Assembly (NCBI GenBank): GCA_963701095.1
Contig: OY969564.1
Span: 32,001 to 96,000, forward strand
Reading direction: 5' to 3'
DNA: 64,000 bases
Source of the DNA: an uncultured Methanoregulaceae archaeon
Lineage (GTDB): Archaea > Halobacteriota > Methanomicrobia > Methanomicrobiales > Methanospirillaceae
The notes beneath the pieces are model-generated. The model saw only the letters and a list, made by a program, of their open reading frames with translations, was not told the origin of the DNA and made no database searches. This document shows positions 42,125 to 53,284 of the stretch, in pieces. Each line of letters starts with the position of its first letter. Position 1 is the stretch's first letter. The translations under genes were made by a program, and so were the position numbers.

Positions 42125-42534
42125 ATGAATTCATCAGAAAAACAATCGCCGGGTTTCAAACGCGATCCCGTAACCCTGTTTGAAGAAAACGAGTTTGGAC
42201 GGTTGCTCGGTATTCATATAACTGAAGCCCGCGACGGGTATGCACGTGTCGAGATGGACTGCACCGGCAAATGTAACCCCCACGGTATCGCTCACGGTGG
42301 AGCCGTTTTTTCGCTTGCCGACCATGCCTTTGGTATTGCTTCCAATTATGGCAAGGATCATTATACCGCAGTTTCCGTGCATATCCAGTATATCGCTCCC
42401 GCCCGGGTCTTCTTGTTGCAGTAGCAGAACGTATTGCGTCGAACGAGACCTGCGGGACCTATCGTGTCATCGTGTACGAAGGTGAACGGACGATAGCGGT
42501 GTTCGATGGTATCGCATTCCGGGTCTCTTCTTAA
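42125..42534 (+). CDS. PaaI-family thioesterase (frameshift near 42406)
   Basis: FGRLLGI, NPHGIAHGGAVFSLAD.AF; one added G restores GLLVAVAE...YRVIV. Confidence 0.85.
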
Positions 42535-42623
42535 TTTATCGTTTTTCCGTGAAGAAATGATGAATATGTGTTCGTACTCGTTAAGACGCACTTTTATCTT
42601 TCTGCACTTTCCCATACTGCCAT

Positions 42624-43182
42624 ATGACCGTTGAGAAAACTGCAGTGACCACAGTCGCCGGCTTAATGGCGCTTGCGGCCCGTACCGCTCCGAAAGCAAA
42701 AGGACAGGACGAGATCCTGATCACTCTCCTCACAAGCACCCAGCAGAAAAAACTCTCCTTGGCTATGACCAAGTACGGCACAAAAAACGAGCTGGTTTTT
42801 TCCTGCGGGATGCAAAAAATATCCTTGCGAGCGATGCTGTTCTTGTTATCGGTATCCAGGGAAAAATCGCTGTCGGGATTAATTGCGGAGCATGCGGGTA
42901 TGCCACATGTGCGGCATTTACAAAAGCATCAGGCGCCGTAAAAAAACGCACAACGCCTTTTCCGGCCCTAACTGTGCAGTAAGGATGGCCGATCTGGGCA
43001 TTGCCGTTGGGTCGGCGGCCAAGACCGCCCAGATCCACAACGTGGACAATCGTATTATGTATACGGCCGGTTCAGTTGCTCTGGATCTTGGCTTTCTTGG
43101 AAAAGAGTGTACCGTCGCTTATGCAATTCCTCTTTCAGCTTCGGGAAAGAACATCTTCTTCGATCGTGTTGTCGTAAAATAA
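42624..43182 (+). CDS. DUF2148 ferredoxin-like protein (two frameshifts)
   Basis: AARTAPKAKG.D, FFLRDA, NCGACGY.TC, DLGIAVGSA, VDNRIMY, LSASGKNIFFDR spread over three frames. Confidence 0.8.
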
Positions 43183-43275
43183 TCCATGTTAATTTTTTTT
43201 AAGATGAAAACCCCTTTTTTTGAACTTGGTATATTAACAAAATTTTATAAATAAATCCGTCGTGTAAAAATCAGT

Positions 43276-44088
43276 ATGGATTTGTTTCAGCTTATTATTC
43301 TTGGCATCGTCCAGGGAATTACAGAATGGATCCCCATTAGTTCCAAAACACAGGTGACTTTTGTGTACCTGAAAGTTTTCCAGGGAAATCCTTCTCTTGT
43401 GATTCCAATCCTTTTGGCCGTTCACCTTGGAACTGTAGTGGCCGCTACCTTTTATTTCCGGAACGAAATTGCAGGTATTTTATCTGATATCGCTGCGCAT
43501 CCCCGGGATTTCAACCGGCAAGCCAACGGAAAGGTCGGATTTCTGTTCACAGCACTTCTCTTCACCGGCATTATCGGCATCCCCTTGCTTCTTGCAGAAA
43601 AATGGTTCTTCCCAATGCTGAATGGTGGTCTGCTTTACGCCGTTATGGGAGGTGGGCTTATTGTGACCGGTTTTCTTCTCCTATCTCATAAGACCGGGAA
43701 TACCCGTGAAATCAAAGATGTGAGCTGGAAAGATGGCATCCTTACCGGAGCTCTTCAGGGTTTTAGTATTCTTCCCGGGATTTCGCGATCCGGAACCAGC
43801 ACTACCGGACTCATCTGGCAGAGATTTGACAGCGAAAGCAGCTTTTATCTCAGCTTCCTTTTAAGTATCCCGACAGTCATACTCGCCGAAATCATCCTGA
43901 ATTATGGGAGTGTCGGATTAAAGGGATTGCCGGCTTACGACTGTATCGTCCTCTTCCTCGTCAGTTTAGTCGTTGGGTATCTTACTCTCGATGGCTTGTT
44001 GAGAGTGGTAAAACGGGTAAATATTGCGTATCTGGTCCTTTTCCTTGGTGTGCTTATAATTGCTGTGGGTTTATCGGGATTCGGATAA
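43276..44088 (+). CDS. uppP: Undecaprenyl-diphosphate phosphatase (BacA family)
   Basis: GIVQGITEWIPISS, HLGT, PGISRSGTS, SFLLSIP motifs. Confidence 0.88.
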   Translation: MDLFQLIILGIVQGITEWIPISSKTQVTFVYLKVFQGNPSLVIPILLAVHLGTVVAATFYFRNEIAGILSDIAAHPRDFNRQANGKVGFLFTALLFTGIIGIPLLLAEKWFFPMLNGGLLYAVMGGGLIVTGFLLLSHKTGNTREIKDVSWKDGILTGALQGFSILPGISRSGTSTTGLIWQRFDSESSFYLSFLLSIPTVILAEIILNYGSVGLKGLPAYDCIVLFLVSLVVGYLTLDGLLRVVKRVNIAYLVLFLGVLIIAVGLSGFG

Positions 44089-44250
44089 TCCCGGTTTTTG
44101 ATCAGTCCCAGGATAAAACCCCTTTTTAAGAATAGGTTCAAATGATTTTATTCCCGATGTAACTTTTCATTAACGGTTATACGAGGCTATTTATCATTCC
44201 TGAGCAACGTTTGAATGCCAAAAAGTCCTATCACGAATGAGGGAGCCGGA

Positions 44251-45015
44251 ATGTTCAAAATTGTATTGCTGCGTCACGGTGAGAGTGCCTGGAACCGCGA
44301 GAACCGGTTTACCGGATGGACTGATGTTGACCTGTCTGAAAAAGGAAAGGAAGAAGCTCGCCGGGCAGCAACCCTTCTTACAGATGCCGGCTTTTCTTTT
44401 GACATTACCTATACCTCAATGCTCCGGCGGGCGATCCGGACCCTGTGGATCGTCCTTGACGAGATGGACCTGATGTATCTTCCGGTATACCATTCATGGC
44501 GGTTGAATGAACGGCATTATGGTTCCCTGCAGGGGCTCGACAAAGAGGAGATGACAGAAAAGTACGGGGAAGAACAGGTCCGTGCGTGGCGCCGGGGATA
44601 TGCTATCCGCCCTCCGGCTCTCAAAGAAAATGATCCCCGGCACCCGCGGTTCGATCCCCGGTATGCATGTCTTAAGAAAAAAGAACTTCCCTCGACAGAA
44701 TCGCTCGAAGATACCCTGGACCGGGCAGTACCGTACTGGAAAAACGTTATCGTGCCATCTGTAACGGACGGGAAGCGGGTTCTTGTATCAGCCCATGGTA
44801 ACAGCATCCGCGCTCTCGTCAAACATCTCGACGGCGTACCGGATGATGAGATCACCGATCTCAATATTCCGACCGGTTTTCCCCTGGTCTATGAGCTTGA
44901 TGATTTCCTGCAACCGGTCCGGCACTACTACCTGGGGGATAAAGAAGAGATCCGTCGCGCTACTGAATCGGTAGCAAACCAAGGTGCGGCGACCGGAAAA
45001 GATCCCATCCCTTGA
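44251..45015 (+). CDS. gpmA: 2,3-bisphosphoglycerate-dependent phosphoglycerate mutase
   Basis: LRHGES.WN.ENRFTGW.DV, LNERHYG.LQG, AHGNS.R, NIPTG motifs. Confidence 0.95.
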   Translation: MFKIVLLRHGESAWNRENRFTGWTDVDLSEKGKEEARRAATLLTDAGFSFDITYTSMLRRAIRTLWIVLDEMDLMYLPVYHSWRLNERHYGSLQGLDKEEMTEKYGEEQVRAWRRGYAIRPPALKENDPRHPRFDPRYACLKKKELPSTESLEDTLDRAVPYWKNVIVPSVTDGKRVLVSAHGNSIRALVKHLDGVPDDEITDLNIPTGFPLVYELDDFLQPVRHYYLGDKEEIRRATESVANQGAATGKDPIP

Positions 45016-45027
45016 AAGGAATTTCAC

Positions 45028-46398
45028 ATGACTGGCATTTTCAAGGCATACGATGTTAGGGGTGTGTACCCTGGTGAACTGGACGAAACTACCGCTGAAA
45101 AGATCGGTGTGGCATTTGCAAATCTTATGAATTCAGGTTCAATCGCGGTCGGAAGAGACTGCAGACCCTCTTCTCCGGCCATTGCATCTGCATTTATCCG
45201 GGGATATATTAGGGGGGGAGGTCGCGTAACCGACTTCGGCCTGGCCAGCTCTCCTCTCTTGTACTATGCAATTATTTCAGGAAATTTTGATGGCGGGGCA
45301 ATGGTCACTGCATCCCATCTTCCCCCGGAGATAAACGGCATTAAACTCTGTCGGGAGCAGGCAATTCCCCTGTCCGGTGACAAAGGGCTTCCTGCACTCG
45401 AGCATTTGGTGGCGACAGACCCCGGGAAAGGACAGACACCTGATAGGCCGGCTCCCGGTTTGTATACACGAGGGGATATGACGGGTTCCTACATCGATAT
45501 GGTTGCCGGATTTATTCATGCCCGACGACCACTTACTCTTGCAATCGATGCAGGTGATGGTATGGCAGGACCGGAGATCCAGCGGCTCTTTGCAAAAATT
45601 CCTACACTTACAACGGTAGCCGTTAATCTTGAACCGGATGGCCGGTTCCCCCACCATGGGGCAAATCCGTTCCTCTTGTCAGCTACAAACGAACTGCAGG
45701 AACTTGTACGAGAATCAGGTGCGGATTTCGGCGCTGCGTTTGACGGTGATGCAGACCGGTGTATCTTTATCGATGAAAAGGGGGCACGGGTGCCCGCAGA
45801 TCTGGTCACGGCCCTTATCGCACAGCATTACCTCCTCCAGGAACCAGGTGCGACGGTCCTCTACGACCTGCGTTCGAGCCGCGTAGTGGCGGAAACTGTT
45901 TCACACGCCGGCGGAAGAGGGTTACGTTGCCGGGTCGGTCATGCATTTATCAAAGAACAGATGCGCCAGGAAAACGCCCTGTTTGCCGGTGAGCTCTCAG
46001 GCCATTATTACTTCAGGGACACCGGGTTCTGCGATAATGGCATCATTGCCATGGTCCAGATGATCAACCTCCTTTCGGAAAAAGATCTACCCCTTTCACA
46101 GTTGGTTGCTCCCCTGAAAAAATACTCATCGACCGGTGAGATCAATATACAGGTAAACAGACTTGATTTAATCATGGGGGCTCTCAGGTCCGCTTTTCCA
46201 GATGCTCAAACAAACACACTTGACGGTCTGACGATGGAATATCCTGCATGGTGGTTTAATATTCGATCATCCCATACTGAACCGCTCATCCGGCTTAACC
46301 TTGAAGCCGATACAAAAGCATGCATGAATAAATATACAAGCGAAGTCCTGCAGGTCATCAGGGATGCAGATCCGTCAATCCAGATCGAAAAAGAATAG
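45028..46398 (+). CDS. Phosphomannomutase / phosphoglucomutase
   Basis: FKAYDVRG, TASH, FDGDADR, GELSGH motifs. Confidence 0.92.
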   Translation: MTGIFKAYDVRGVYPGELDETTAEKIGVAFANLMNSGSIAVGRDCRPSSPAIASAFIRGYIRGGGRVTDFGLASSPLLYYAIISGNFDGGAMVTASHLPPEINGIKLCREQAIPLSGDKGLPALEHLVATDPGKGQTPDRPAPGLYTRGDMTGSYIDMVAGFIHARRPLTLAIDAGDGMAGPEIQRLFAKIPTLTTVAVNLEPDGRFPHHGANPFLLSATNELQELVRESGADFGAAFDGDADRCIFIDEKGARVPADLVTALIAQHYLLQEPGATVLYDLRSSRVVAETVSHAGGRGLRCRVGHAFIKEQMRQENALFAGELSGHYYFRDTGFCDNGIIAMVQMINLLSEKDLPLSQLVAPLKKYSSTGEINIQVNRLDLIMGALRSAFPDAQTNTLDGLTMEYPAWWFNIRSSHTEPLIRLNLEADTKACMNKYTSEVLQVIRDADPSIQIEKE

Positions 46399-46437
46399 AA
46401 ATAAAACTCCAAGATCTTTTCAGGAAACGCTCATTTT

Positions 46438-47622
46438 TTACCGGTTAAGTAAAACATCGACTCCGGGAAGAGTTTTTCCCGAAAGGAACCGCAGGAAAGC
46501 GCCTCCCCCAGTGGAGACATGCGTCATCTTTCCTGCAATCCCGAGCTGTGTTACCGCTTCAGCGGTAGATCCTCCGCCGACTACGGTCGTTCCCGAAAGC
46601 CCGGCAAGTGCCTGTGCTACGGCTTTCGTCCCATTAGAGAATTGTGGAATTTCAAATATACCCATCGGACCGTTCCATGCGACGGTCTGGCATTGATGGA
46701 TTTCTTGTGTAAATTCCGCAATAGTCAGAGGTCCAATATCAGCAATGATGTAATCCGGTGGAATCTGGTCCGATGGGACGATGAGGGAAGGTGATCCCGG
46801 CTCAGGTTTTTTGGTGACAACGAAATCTTCCGGTAATAATATTCGGACTCCCCGGGAGGTCGCATCACGCAGGATCGTTTCAACAACCTTCATTTTGTTG
46901 GTCTCAACTGGGGAATTACCGACAGGATTCCCATGGATCTTCAGAAAGGTTGCAACCGCTCCTCCACCTACAAGAACAAGATCTACTTTTGGTATGATAT
47001 TTTCCAAAATCCCGATCTTCTCTTCGACTTTTGCCCCGCCAAGAATAACCGCAAAAGGCCGGTCCGGATGTTCGAGGAGACTACTTAGCTGTTCGATCTC
47101 TTTTTCCATAAGAAGGCCGGCGACGCAGGGTAAGAATTTGGAAATGCCCGCAACCGAGGCGTGGGAACGGTGACTGGCGCCAAAAGCATCATTCACATAG
47201 AGATCTGCGAGCCGGGAGAGATCCTGGGAAAAACCGAAATTATTTTCCTCTTCGCCCGGGTAGAACCTCAGGTTTTCCAGGAGAACCACATCTCCATCTT
47301 TCAAACCAGCCACGGTTTTTTCGACGCTGGGCCCGATTGCTTCCCGCAGCGATACAACCGGTTTTTCCAGAAGTTCGGACAATCTGCGGGCAACCGGCGC
47401 TAATCGCAGACGCTCATCTATAATCCCATGCGGCCTGCCAAGATGGGAACAGAGTATGACTTTGGCGGAATGATTAATAAGGAAGGTAATAGTCGGCAGG
47501 CAGGCTCTGATGCGGCTGTCATCTTCTATAGTACCGTCAGGACCAAGCGGGACGTTGAAATCTACCCTGACCAGTACCCGTTTTCCACTGACATCAACAT
47601 CCTTCACGGTTTTCTTCTGCAT
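46438..47622 (-). CDS. pgk: Phosphoglycerate kinase (bacterial-type)
   Basis: VRVDFNVP, SHLGRP, LENLRF, NDAFG, GGAKV, WNGPMG.FE, HVSTGGGA motifs. Confidence 0.95.
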   Translation of the reverse strand: MQKKTVKDVDVSGKRVLVRVDFNVPLGPDGTIEDDSRIRACLPTITFLINHSAKVILCSHLGRPHGIIDERLRLAPVARRLSELLEKPVVSLREAIGPSVEKTVAGLKDGDVVLLENLRFYPGEEENNFGFSQDLSRLADLYVNDAFGASHRSHASVAGISKFLPCVAGLLMEKEIEQLSSLLEHPDRPFAVILGGAKVEEKIGILENIIPKVDLVLVGGGAVATFLKIHGNPVGNSPVETNKMKVVETILRDATSRGVRILLPEDFVVTKKPEPGSPSLIVPSDQIPPDYIIADIGPLTIAEFTQEIHQCQTVAWNGPMGIFEIPQFSNGTKAVAQALAGLSGTTVVGGGSTAEAVTQLGIAGKMTHVSTGGGAFLRFLSGKTLPGVDVLLNR

Positions 47623-47803
47623 CCTTTCATCACCCTTCGCACTGACAGATATCGGTTTCTATAGCACACGGTTACCCGGTACTCGAATATAAATGCTGCA
47701 GGCACTTCTCTTTTCGTGAAACATCGCCAAGACCTGTGCATTTTTCATGAAATGCGTATCGAAACCTTTTCTTTGCTGGAGGGATCATAACCTGTGACAG
47801 ACC

Positions 47804-48883
47804 ATGCCCGTCATGATGATTCGCGGTGGTGATCTCGATCTCGTAGAATACGAGTTCCGGACATTCCTTCCCGGCGAGGTCACAAAAACGCTCGGCCTTG
47901 AAAAAAATAAGTACCGTCTGCACCCAAAAAAAGGTAAAGTCGTTGTAAAAGCACCGGCCCGCATACACCTCTCTGTTCTTGATATGAACCGGTTTGCTCC
48001 TGACCATGCCGGAGGCGGGGGGATCGGGTTTGCCATCCAGTGCTACTGTACAGCCGAAGTTGAATGCACCCGCCAAGGTCTTTTGATCGATTACAGCCGG
48101 TCTGCTATTATTGAAAACTTTGTGGCAGTCTTTAACAAAGCCGTCGGCTATACCGGCGGTTTCAAGATAAAAGCTACAGATCATGAACGTAAACATGTCG
48201 GTCTGGGATCAACCAGCACCGTTATGATTGCGGTAGCGACTGCGTTAAACGAGGCGGTCGGTGCCCCGCTTTCCAACGCAGAGTTACGCCAGCTCATCGG
48301 CCATAACTATGTCGAAGAGACCGCTGATGGCACTATAGCATTTGGTTTCGAGACAGGCGTTGGCCCTGCAGCAAGTACTAACGGCGGTATGGCGGTGATG
48401 GGTGACGAACTGGTTCTGGTGTACCATCACTCATTTGCAGAAGGAAAGAATGTCTTTATTGTGGTACCACCCACGGACATTTCCTCTGCCGGCACAAAAG
48501 AGTTCGACCTCCTCATGAACCGGGCACGGACCCTCGACTACCGGGACCGGGAACTCAAAGCGTATTTCCTCATGATGGATTTTATTCCGGCACTTGAACA
48601 CAACGATTTGAAAAAGATCGGGGATATTGTCTGGGAGATTGAATTCCGAGGATCGAAACGGGCAGAAATCGAGCACCATAGTTACCGGATCTACCAGTAT
48701 ATGAGTATGCTCCGTGAAGCCGGCCTCGAGTTCGTTGGCATGAGTTCTGTGGGCCCGTCAATTGCAATCGTAACAGATAAAACCCGCCGGGAAATCCAGA
48801 AGATCCTTTCGCCGCTTGATCTTACGATTGCAATTGCAACAAAAGTCGATAATAACGGTATGACCCTAACTTTCGGGAAATAG
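47804..48883 (+). CDS. GHMP-superfamily protein, beta-RFA-P synthase-like
   Basis: PARIH, GGGIG, HVGLGSTS, GMSSVGP motifs. Confidence 0.75.
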   Translation: MPVMMIRGGDLDLVEYEFRTFLPGEVTKTLGLEKNKYRLHPKKGKVVVKAPARIHLSVLDMNRFAPDHAGGGGIGFAIQCYCTAEVECTRQGLLIDYSRSAIIENFVAVFNKAVGYTGGFKIKATDHERKHVGLGSTSTVMIAVATALNEAVGAPLSNAELRQLIGHNYVEETADGTIAFGFETGVGPAASTNGGMAVMGDELVLVYHHSFAEGKNVFIVVPPTDISSAGTKEFDLLMNRARTLDYRDRELKAYFLMMDFIPALEHNDLKKIGDIVWEIEFRGSKRAEIEHHSYRIYQYMSMLREAGLEFVGMSSVGPSIAIVTDKTRREIQKILSPLDLTIAIATKVDNNGMTLTFGK

Positions 48884-48946
48884 CCCTATCTTGGTACAGG
48901 ATACATTTCTTTTTTTTCGGATTTCTGAAGGTTAATCCGGATAAAG

Positions 48947-49603
48947 TTACTTCTCCTGCTTTTTCTTCTTCAGGTATGAATTAACGAGCCCTCCAAGCAG
49001 GAGGAGGATCGTTCCCGCGGTTACTACGAACACAAAAAGGAGAAGCAGGTTCATGTTCTCCCGGACAACCGGCAGTTTCCCCAGGTAATACCCGGCAAGT
49101 ACAACCGTAAGGGTCCAGGAGATTGCCCCGAGCACGTTATAAAAGAGGAACCGGTGGTACTCCATGGTCCCGACACCTGCAAGAAACGGTGCGAATGACC
49201 GGACCACCGGTACGAACCGGGCGACGAAGATGGTTGTACCTCCATACTTCTCGAAAAAGGCATACGTATCGTCAATATACTCTTTTTTTACGAAGTTCGG
49301 GAACCGTTCCAGAAAAACATGGAGACCGATAAAGTTACCAATCCAGTAATTTACCGTATCCCCACATATTGCACCCAAAACAAAGGCAAGGATAAGGAGA
49401 TTAATGTTTAAGATGCCGCTTGCGGCAACTGCCCCGGAAACAAACAGCAGGGAATCCCCGGGTAAAAATGGCGTAATAACAAAACCGGTCTCAAAAAAAA
49501 TGATACCAAAAAGTAAAAGGTACGTCCACAAGCCATAACTGTGTACCACTGCAGCCAGATGCTGGTCGAGATGGAAAATAAGGCCGGCAATGGAGGCAAT
49601 CAT
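48947..49603 (-). CDS. DedA-family membrane protein
   Basis: FETG...PFLPGDSLLF, GD.VNYWIG, ARFVPVVR.FAPF.AG motifs. Confidence 0.92.
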   Translation of the reverse strand: MIASIAGLIFHLDQHLAAVVHSYGLWTYLLLFGIIFFETGFVITPFLPGDSLLFVSGAVAASGILNINLLILAFVLGAICGDTVNYWIGNFIGLHVFLERFPNFVKKEYIDDTYAFFEKYGGTTIFVARFVPVVRSFAPFLAGVGTMEYHRFLFYNVLGAISWTLTVVLAGYYLGKLPVVRENMNLLLLFVFVVTAGTILLLLGGLVNSYLKKKKQEK

Positions 49604-49700
49604 GAATGGTACAAATATAAGTTAAACTGCCTATATCAACCTGAGGCATCGACCGTCTTCTGAAACGATCCCGTATAATAAAAAGAAGGGCGAACCTAAT

Positions 49701-50588
49701 ATGGTAAAAACAAATCAGATATGCATTATGAGCGTCAGGATCCAGCAAGCCCGATTCCTGTTGCCGGCAATAATGTGCGGCTTTCTCTGCCTCGCATTTC
49801 TGGTTGTCGCCCCGGCAGCGGCATTTACTGCAGATTCCCTCAATATTACGGTTGGGACAAACGGTGACGCTACTGCCGTCTTCCAGTTTACCCTTGATGG
49901 CGTTATCGAAAATGCAATCCCCCAATCCATTCTTGAGAATCAGCTGGTTCAGGGACTTGCCACCGGCGCTAGTCAGACGCAGATTATCTCTTTTAATAAC
50001 TCAGAGGCGACTCTCCTTTTAAAAAATTTTGCAACAACAAACGATGTACCTACCGGTACAGAGTACCAGACTGCGTCCATGAATTTTACAAAAGCCCAGA
50101 TCGCTTTACAAAATTCTGCCGTGAGTACAGTCATATCCGCAGATTTTTCACCTGAAATCACAACAGTTACGTTCCCGGACGGGTATTCCCGCCAGTTTTT
50201 CTCGTCATCAGTCCTGCCAAGCCTGGATCATATCGTTGTCAATCCTGGACAAAGCGGGACCTCAGCAGGCACTCCGGCTTATGGATCCCTCGAAGTAAAT
50301 ACCACTCCTGAACATACTCATGTATATATCGATTCGATTTATGTCGGTGACAGTCCGGGTATGTTTCCTGAAATTACTCCGGGCAATCATCTGGTTTCCC
50401 TGCAGGCTGACGGTTTTATTCCTCTCAATACAACGGTAAACGTAAAAGCCGGGAATATAACGCAGCTTTTTGGAGACTTGGACTTTGCCACTACACCGAC
50501 AAAAAAGTCAGTTGCGCCGGATGCCGGCATGATAATTGCAATGCTGTCTTTTGCCTTTTGCGGTATGTCCTTCCTGTACAGGAAATAA
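49701..50588 (+). CDS. Exported PEGA-domain protein with C-terminal TM helix
   Basis: Signal peptide; GSLEVNTTP...VYID..YVG.SP...PG.H PEGA motif. Confidence 0.75.
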   Translation: MVKTNQICIMSVRIQQARFLLPAIMCGFLCLAFLVVAPAAAFTADSLNITVGTNGDATAVFQFTLDGVIENAIPQSILENQLVQGLATGASQTQIISFNNSEATLLLKNFATTNDVPTGTEYQTASMNFTKAQIALQNSAVSTVISADFSPEITTVTFPDGYSRQFFSSSVLPSLDHIVVNPGQSGTSAGTPAYGSLEVNTTPEHTHVYIDSIYVGDSPGMFPEITPGNHLVSLQADGFIPLNTTVNVKAGNITQLFGDLDFATTPTKKSVAPDAGMIIAMLSFAFCGMSFLYRK

Positions 50589-50710
50589 CCTCCGCAATTT
50601 TTAGAAAAACATCTTCAGATATGAAATTTCCAAGCGAACCCGGAGATTGCATCCCTGTCTATAAATCTTGAATAAAACCGCGAAACTGGATCTAAAAAAA
50701 GGAGGGATAT

Positions 50711-51208
50711 TTATCGCCGTGACCGGATCGCAAAGATCCCGACGATGACAAAAGCGCCAAATACTGCAAACGGCAGGCTGCCTGAAGTGGTCGGTGCCGG
50801 AGAAGCGGCAGCGGTGGTTGCTTCAGATGCAGGTACTGTTGGCTGGGTTGCCGGAATAAGCGTTACCGGAATATCTATGGTTTCCTGATTTCCCGGTACC
50901 TGGGTAATGTTTGCAGTATACAGTGCATAGCCGGGTGCCTGAACAGAGATTGTGCGGTATGGCGTACCGGTGCTGTATACGCTGACAGCCAGCGTGCCGT
51001 TCGTAATGACACCTTTATAATCCGAATCAAAGCTGACGTTTGCGCCATTAACGTTGGCCTGAACAAGATACGTGCCCATACTGCCACCGATGAGTTGCGG
51101 GGCTGTTGTAGCCGTTGTGGTAACGGTCAGGTTTACTGAGGGGACTGCTGCTAGAACGCATCCGATCATAGCAATACAGACAAACAGGACAAGAATTAGT
51201 TTCTTCAT
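50711..51208 (-). CDS. Exported protein with PEGA-like domain and C-terminal sorting/TM tail
   Basis: MKKL signal peptide, T/A/P-rich linker, SG.LPFAV...IRSRR tail. Confidence 0.7.
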   Translation of the reverse strand: MKKLILVLFVCIAMIGCVLAAVPSVNLTVTTTATTAPQLIGGSMGTYLVQANVNGANVSFDSDYKGVITNGTLAVSVYSTGTPYRTISVQAPGYALYTANITQVPGNQETIDIPVTLIPATQPTVPASEATTAAASPAPTTSGSLPFAVFGAFVIVGIFAIRSRR

Positions 51209-51301
51209 ACAATCACTTCCACGTGACAAGAAAAGAAGGTTGTCAAGCCATTTAATAATTCCTTTGCATTCTGACGTGATTTAACGATATGAACGGTAAT
51301 T

Positions 51302-51934
51302 TCAGATTTTTTTGGTAAATGAGGCTGATATCTCGGCTCGGTGAAGTAATTGTCCGCGGACTTTCATTGTCCAGTACCGGGTCTGCAATTCACGTGGAAC
51401 CAACAGATGAAATAAGGCGCTGACTTCATCTTCCGAAAAATAATGAGTCCCTATGCCGTTTTTTCGCGAAAATGTCTGCAATTCAATCTCAACACCGATA
51501 CCAGCGCGGAAATCATATGTAGAAAAATCGGAAAAATACAGGGTTCCTCCGGGCCTGAGCACCCGTGCCGCTTCTCGTGCACAGCGGTTACGGCCTTCTG
51601 CTAAAATGTGGCCTATAACGTGGAAAGCAGTAACGGCATCGAAAGAAGCATCATAAAAAGGCAGGTTGCAGACATCGGCAATAGCAAAGTGACCCTTGGC
51701 ATTTTTGGGCATATGGGATCGGCACAGGTGAACTGCAGAAGAAGAGAAATCGATACCGACAACCTGGCACTTTTTTTCCAGCAGCGCATTACAGGTTTTT
51801 CCGTTGCCGCACCCCAGTTCAAGGACACGTTTTCCGTCATCCAGAGGTATGTGCTGGTACATTGCGCCGGCCCAGATACGACCCCGGCGTGCATAATCGT
51901 TTTCCCAGTTATCTGGGCTGTGATATCCAGTCAT
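51302..51934 (-). CDS. Class I SAM-dependent methyltransferase
   Basis: VLELGCGNG, GIDFS, LPF.DASFD, RVLRPGG motifs. Confidence 0.9.
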   Translation of the reverse strand: MTGYHSPDNWENDYARRGRIWAGAMYQHIPLDDGKRVLELGCGNGKTCNALLEKKCQVVGIDFSSSAVHLCRSHMPKNAKGHFAIADVCNLPFYDASFDAVTAFHVIGHILAEGRNRCAREAARVLRPGGTLYFSDFSTYDFRAGIGVEIELQTFSRKNGIGTHYFSEDEVSALFHLLVPRELQTRYWTMKVRGQLLHRAEISASFTKKI

Positions 51935-52003
51935 TGTTGTATACGTATGTCCGGTACGGTGCCTCAGAATTAGGCACTAAAAAAAGTGCCTGTTCCAATC
52001 TCT

Positions 52004-53284
52004 TTATTCGAGGAAATGGTGGGTAAGGTTCATAACATCCCGGTACGGGATAACACCGACAAGGTGGTTGTCGTTATCAGTAACCGGGATAGCCCGGAAC
52101 CCGTACCGCTCGAATTCCTGTGAGGCATCCTTGAGTGTACTATCGGCATTTAAGGAGATCACATTCTCTGACATGATCGATGAGAGTGGCGCTTTGTCGT
52201 CAGCAGTCAGCAGTTCCTTGAGATCAACGACGCCAAGAAGATGGTCGGCCCCGTCCGTTACGTAGATGTACATGATGACATCTTTTCCCCTGGCATGGTT
52301 CGGGTAATCGTTCTGCACGTACTCAACCAGAGTGTCTGGAAGGAATTTCAGGATTTTCTGTGTGGCGTAGTGGATTACCGTTTCTTCCTGTTTTTCCATG
52401 ATTGAACGCACTTTCTTTGCGCTGTCAGGATTCATGGCCTCAAGGATGTCCTCGGCAGTCGAATGAGGAATTGCCGAAAGGACGTCAGCTGCCTGGCCGG
52501 GCGTCATAGTATTGATCAGGGGCACAACTTTTGCGGTATCGAGCGATGCGATAATATCCCGCTGGACGTTCGGCTCAATCTCTTCTAAAGTATCAGATGC
52601 ATGTTCGTTATCCAGCGACGTAAAAACCGCAACACGCTGATCGTGATCGAGTTCCTCGAGAATATCAGCCATATCGACCGGATGAATTTCCGCGAGATTT
52701 TCCTTTAAAACGGTTAGTTTCACGTTACCCTTGAAACTGCCTATATTCGTCGGGAGTGGCTGGATGTAAGCCCAGGAGATCATCTGATCATCCTTGGCAT
52801 CTGCGGATACCACCTTTGAAAGAAGGCCCAGACCGAGTCTTCTCAAGCGTGCGGATTTTCCAGTATCCACATCTGTAACATAAATCTTTTTGTTTCTAAA
52901 TGTGAGCCGGATATCATACACGATTTCGACTTCGCTTTCTTCAAGGTCGAGAACTTTTTTATCCATCACATAATCCTTAAGGAGGATAGCATCTTCAGCA
53001 GGCTCTCCCTCAAACGGGGCAATGTCGGGGATATTGATCTCGACGCGGTGTTCAGCGAGCTCCACAACATTTTCCCATGGGATGATAAGACTGGGATTCC
53101 CAAATGATCGGGTGACATAAAGCGATTTTACTTCCGGTACTCGTGCGGTCTCCACAATAATGAGATCACTGAGCGTGCCGGTTTTTTTCCCCCTTAGCAT
53201 GACAGGTATGCCGAGAATCTGACTGAGGAAGATCTCCCGATCTGTGGTTTTTGCAACACCTGCGGGCACTTCATTTTGTGTCAT
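52004..53284 (-). CDS. Soluble MgtE-like cytosolic protein (PRC-barrel-like, MgtE N domain, CBS pair), no TM domain
   Basis: HPVDMADILEEL, YIYVTD..HLLGVV.L.EL, AIPVTD...LVGVI...DV motifs; no hydrophobic C-terminus. Confidence 0.82.
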   Translation of the reverse strand: MTQNEVPAGVAKTTDREIFLSQILGIPVMLRGKKTGTLSDLIIVETARVPEVKSLYVTRSFGNPSLIIPWENVVELAEHRVEINIPDIAPFEGEPAEDAILLKDYVMDKKVLDLEESEVEIVYDIRLTFRNKKIYVTDVDTGKSARLRRLGLGLLSKVVSADAKDDQMISWAYIQPLPTNIGSFKGNVKLTVLKENLAEIHPVDMADILEELDHDQRVAVFTSLDNEHASDTLEEIEPNVQRDIIASLDTAKVVPLINTMTPGQAADVLSAIPHSTAEDILEAMNPDSAKKVRSIMEKQEETVIHYATQKILKFLPDTLVEYVQNDYPNHARGKDVIMYIYVTDGADHLLGVVDLKELLTADDKAPLSSIMSENVISLNADSTLKDASQEFERYGFRAIPVTDNDNHLVGVIPYRDVMNLTHHFLE

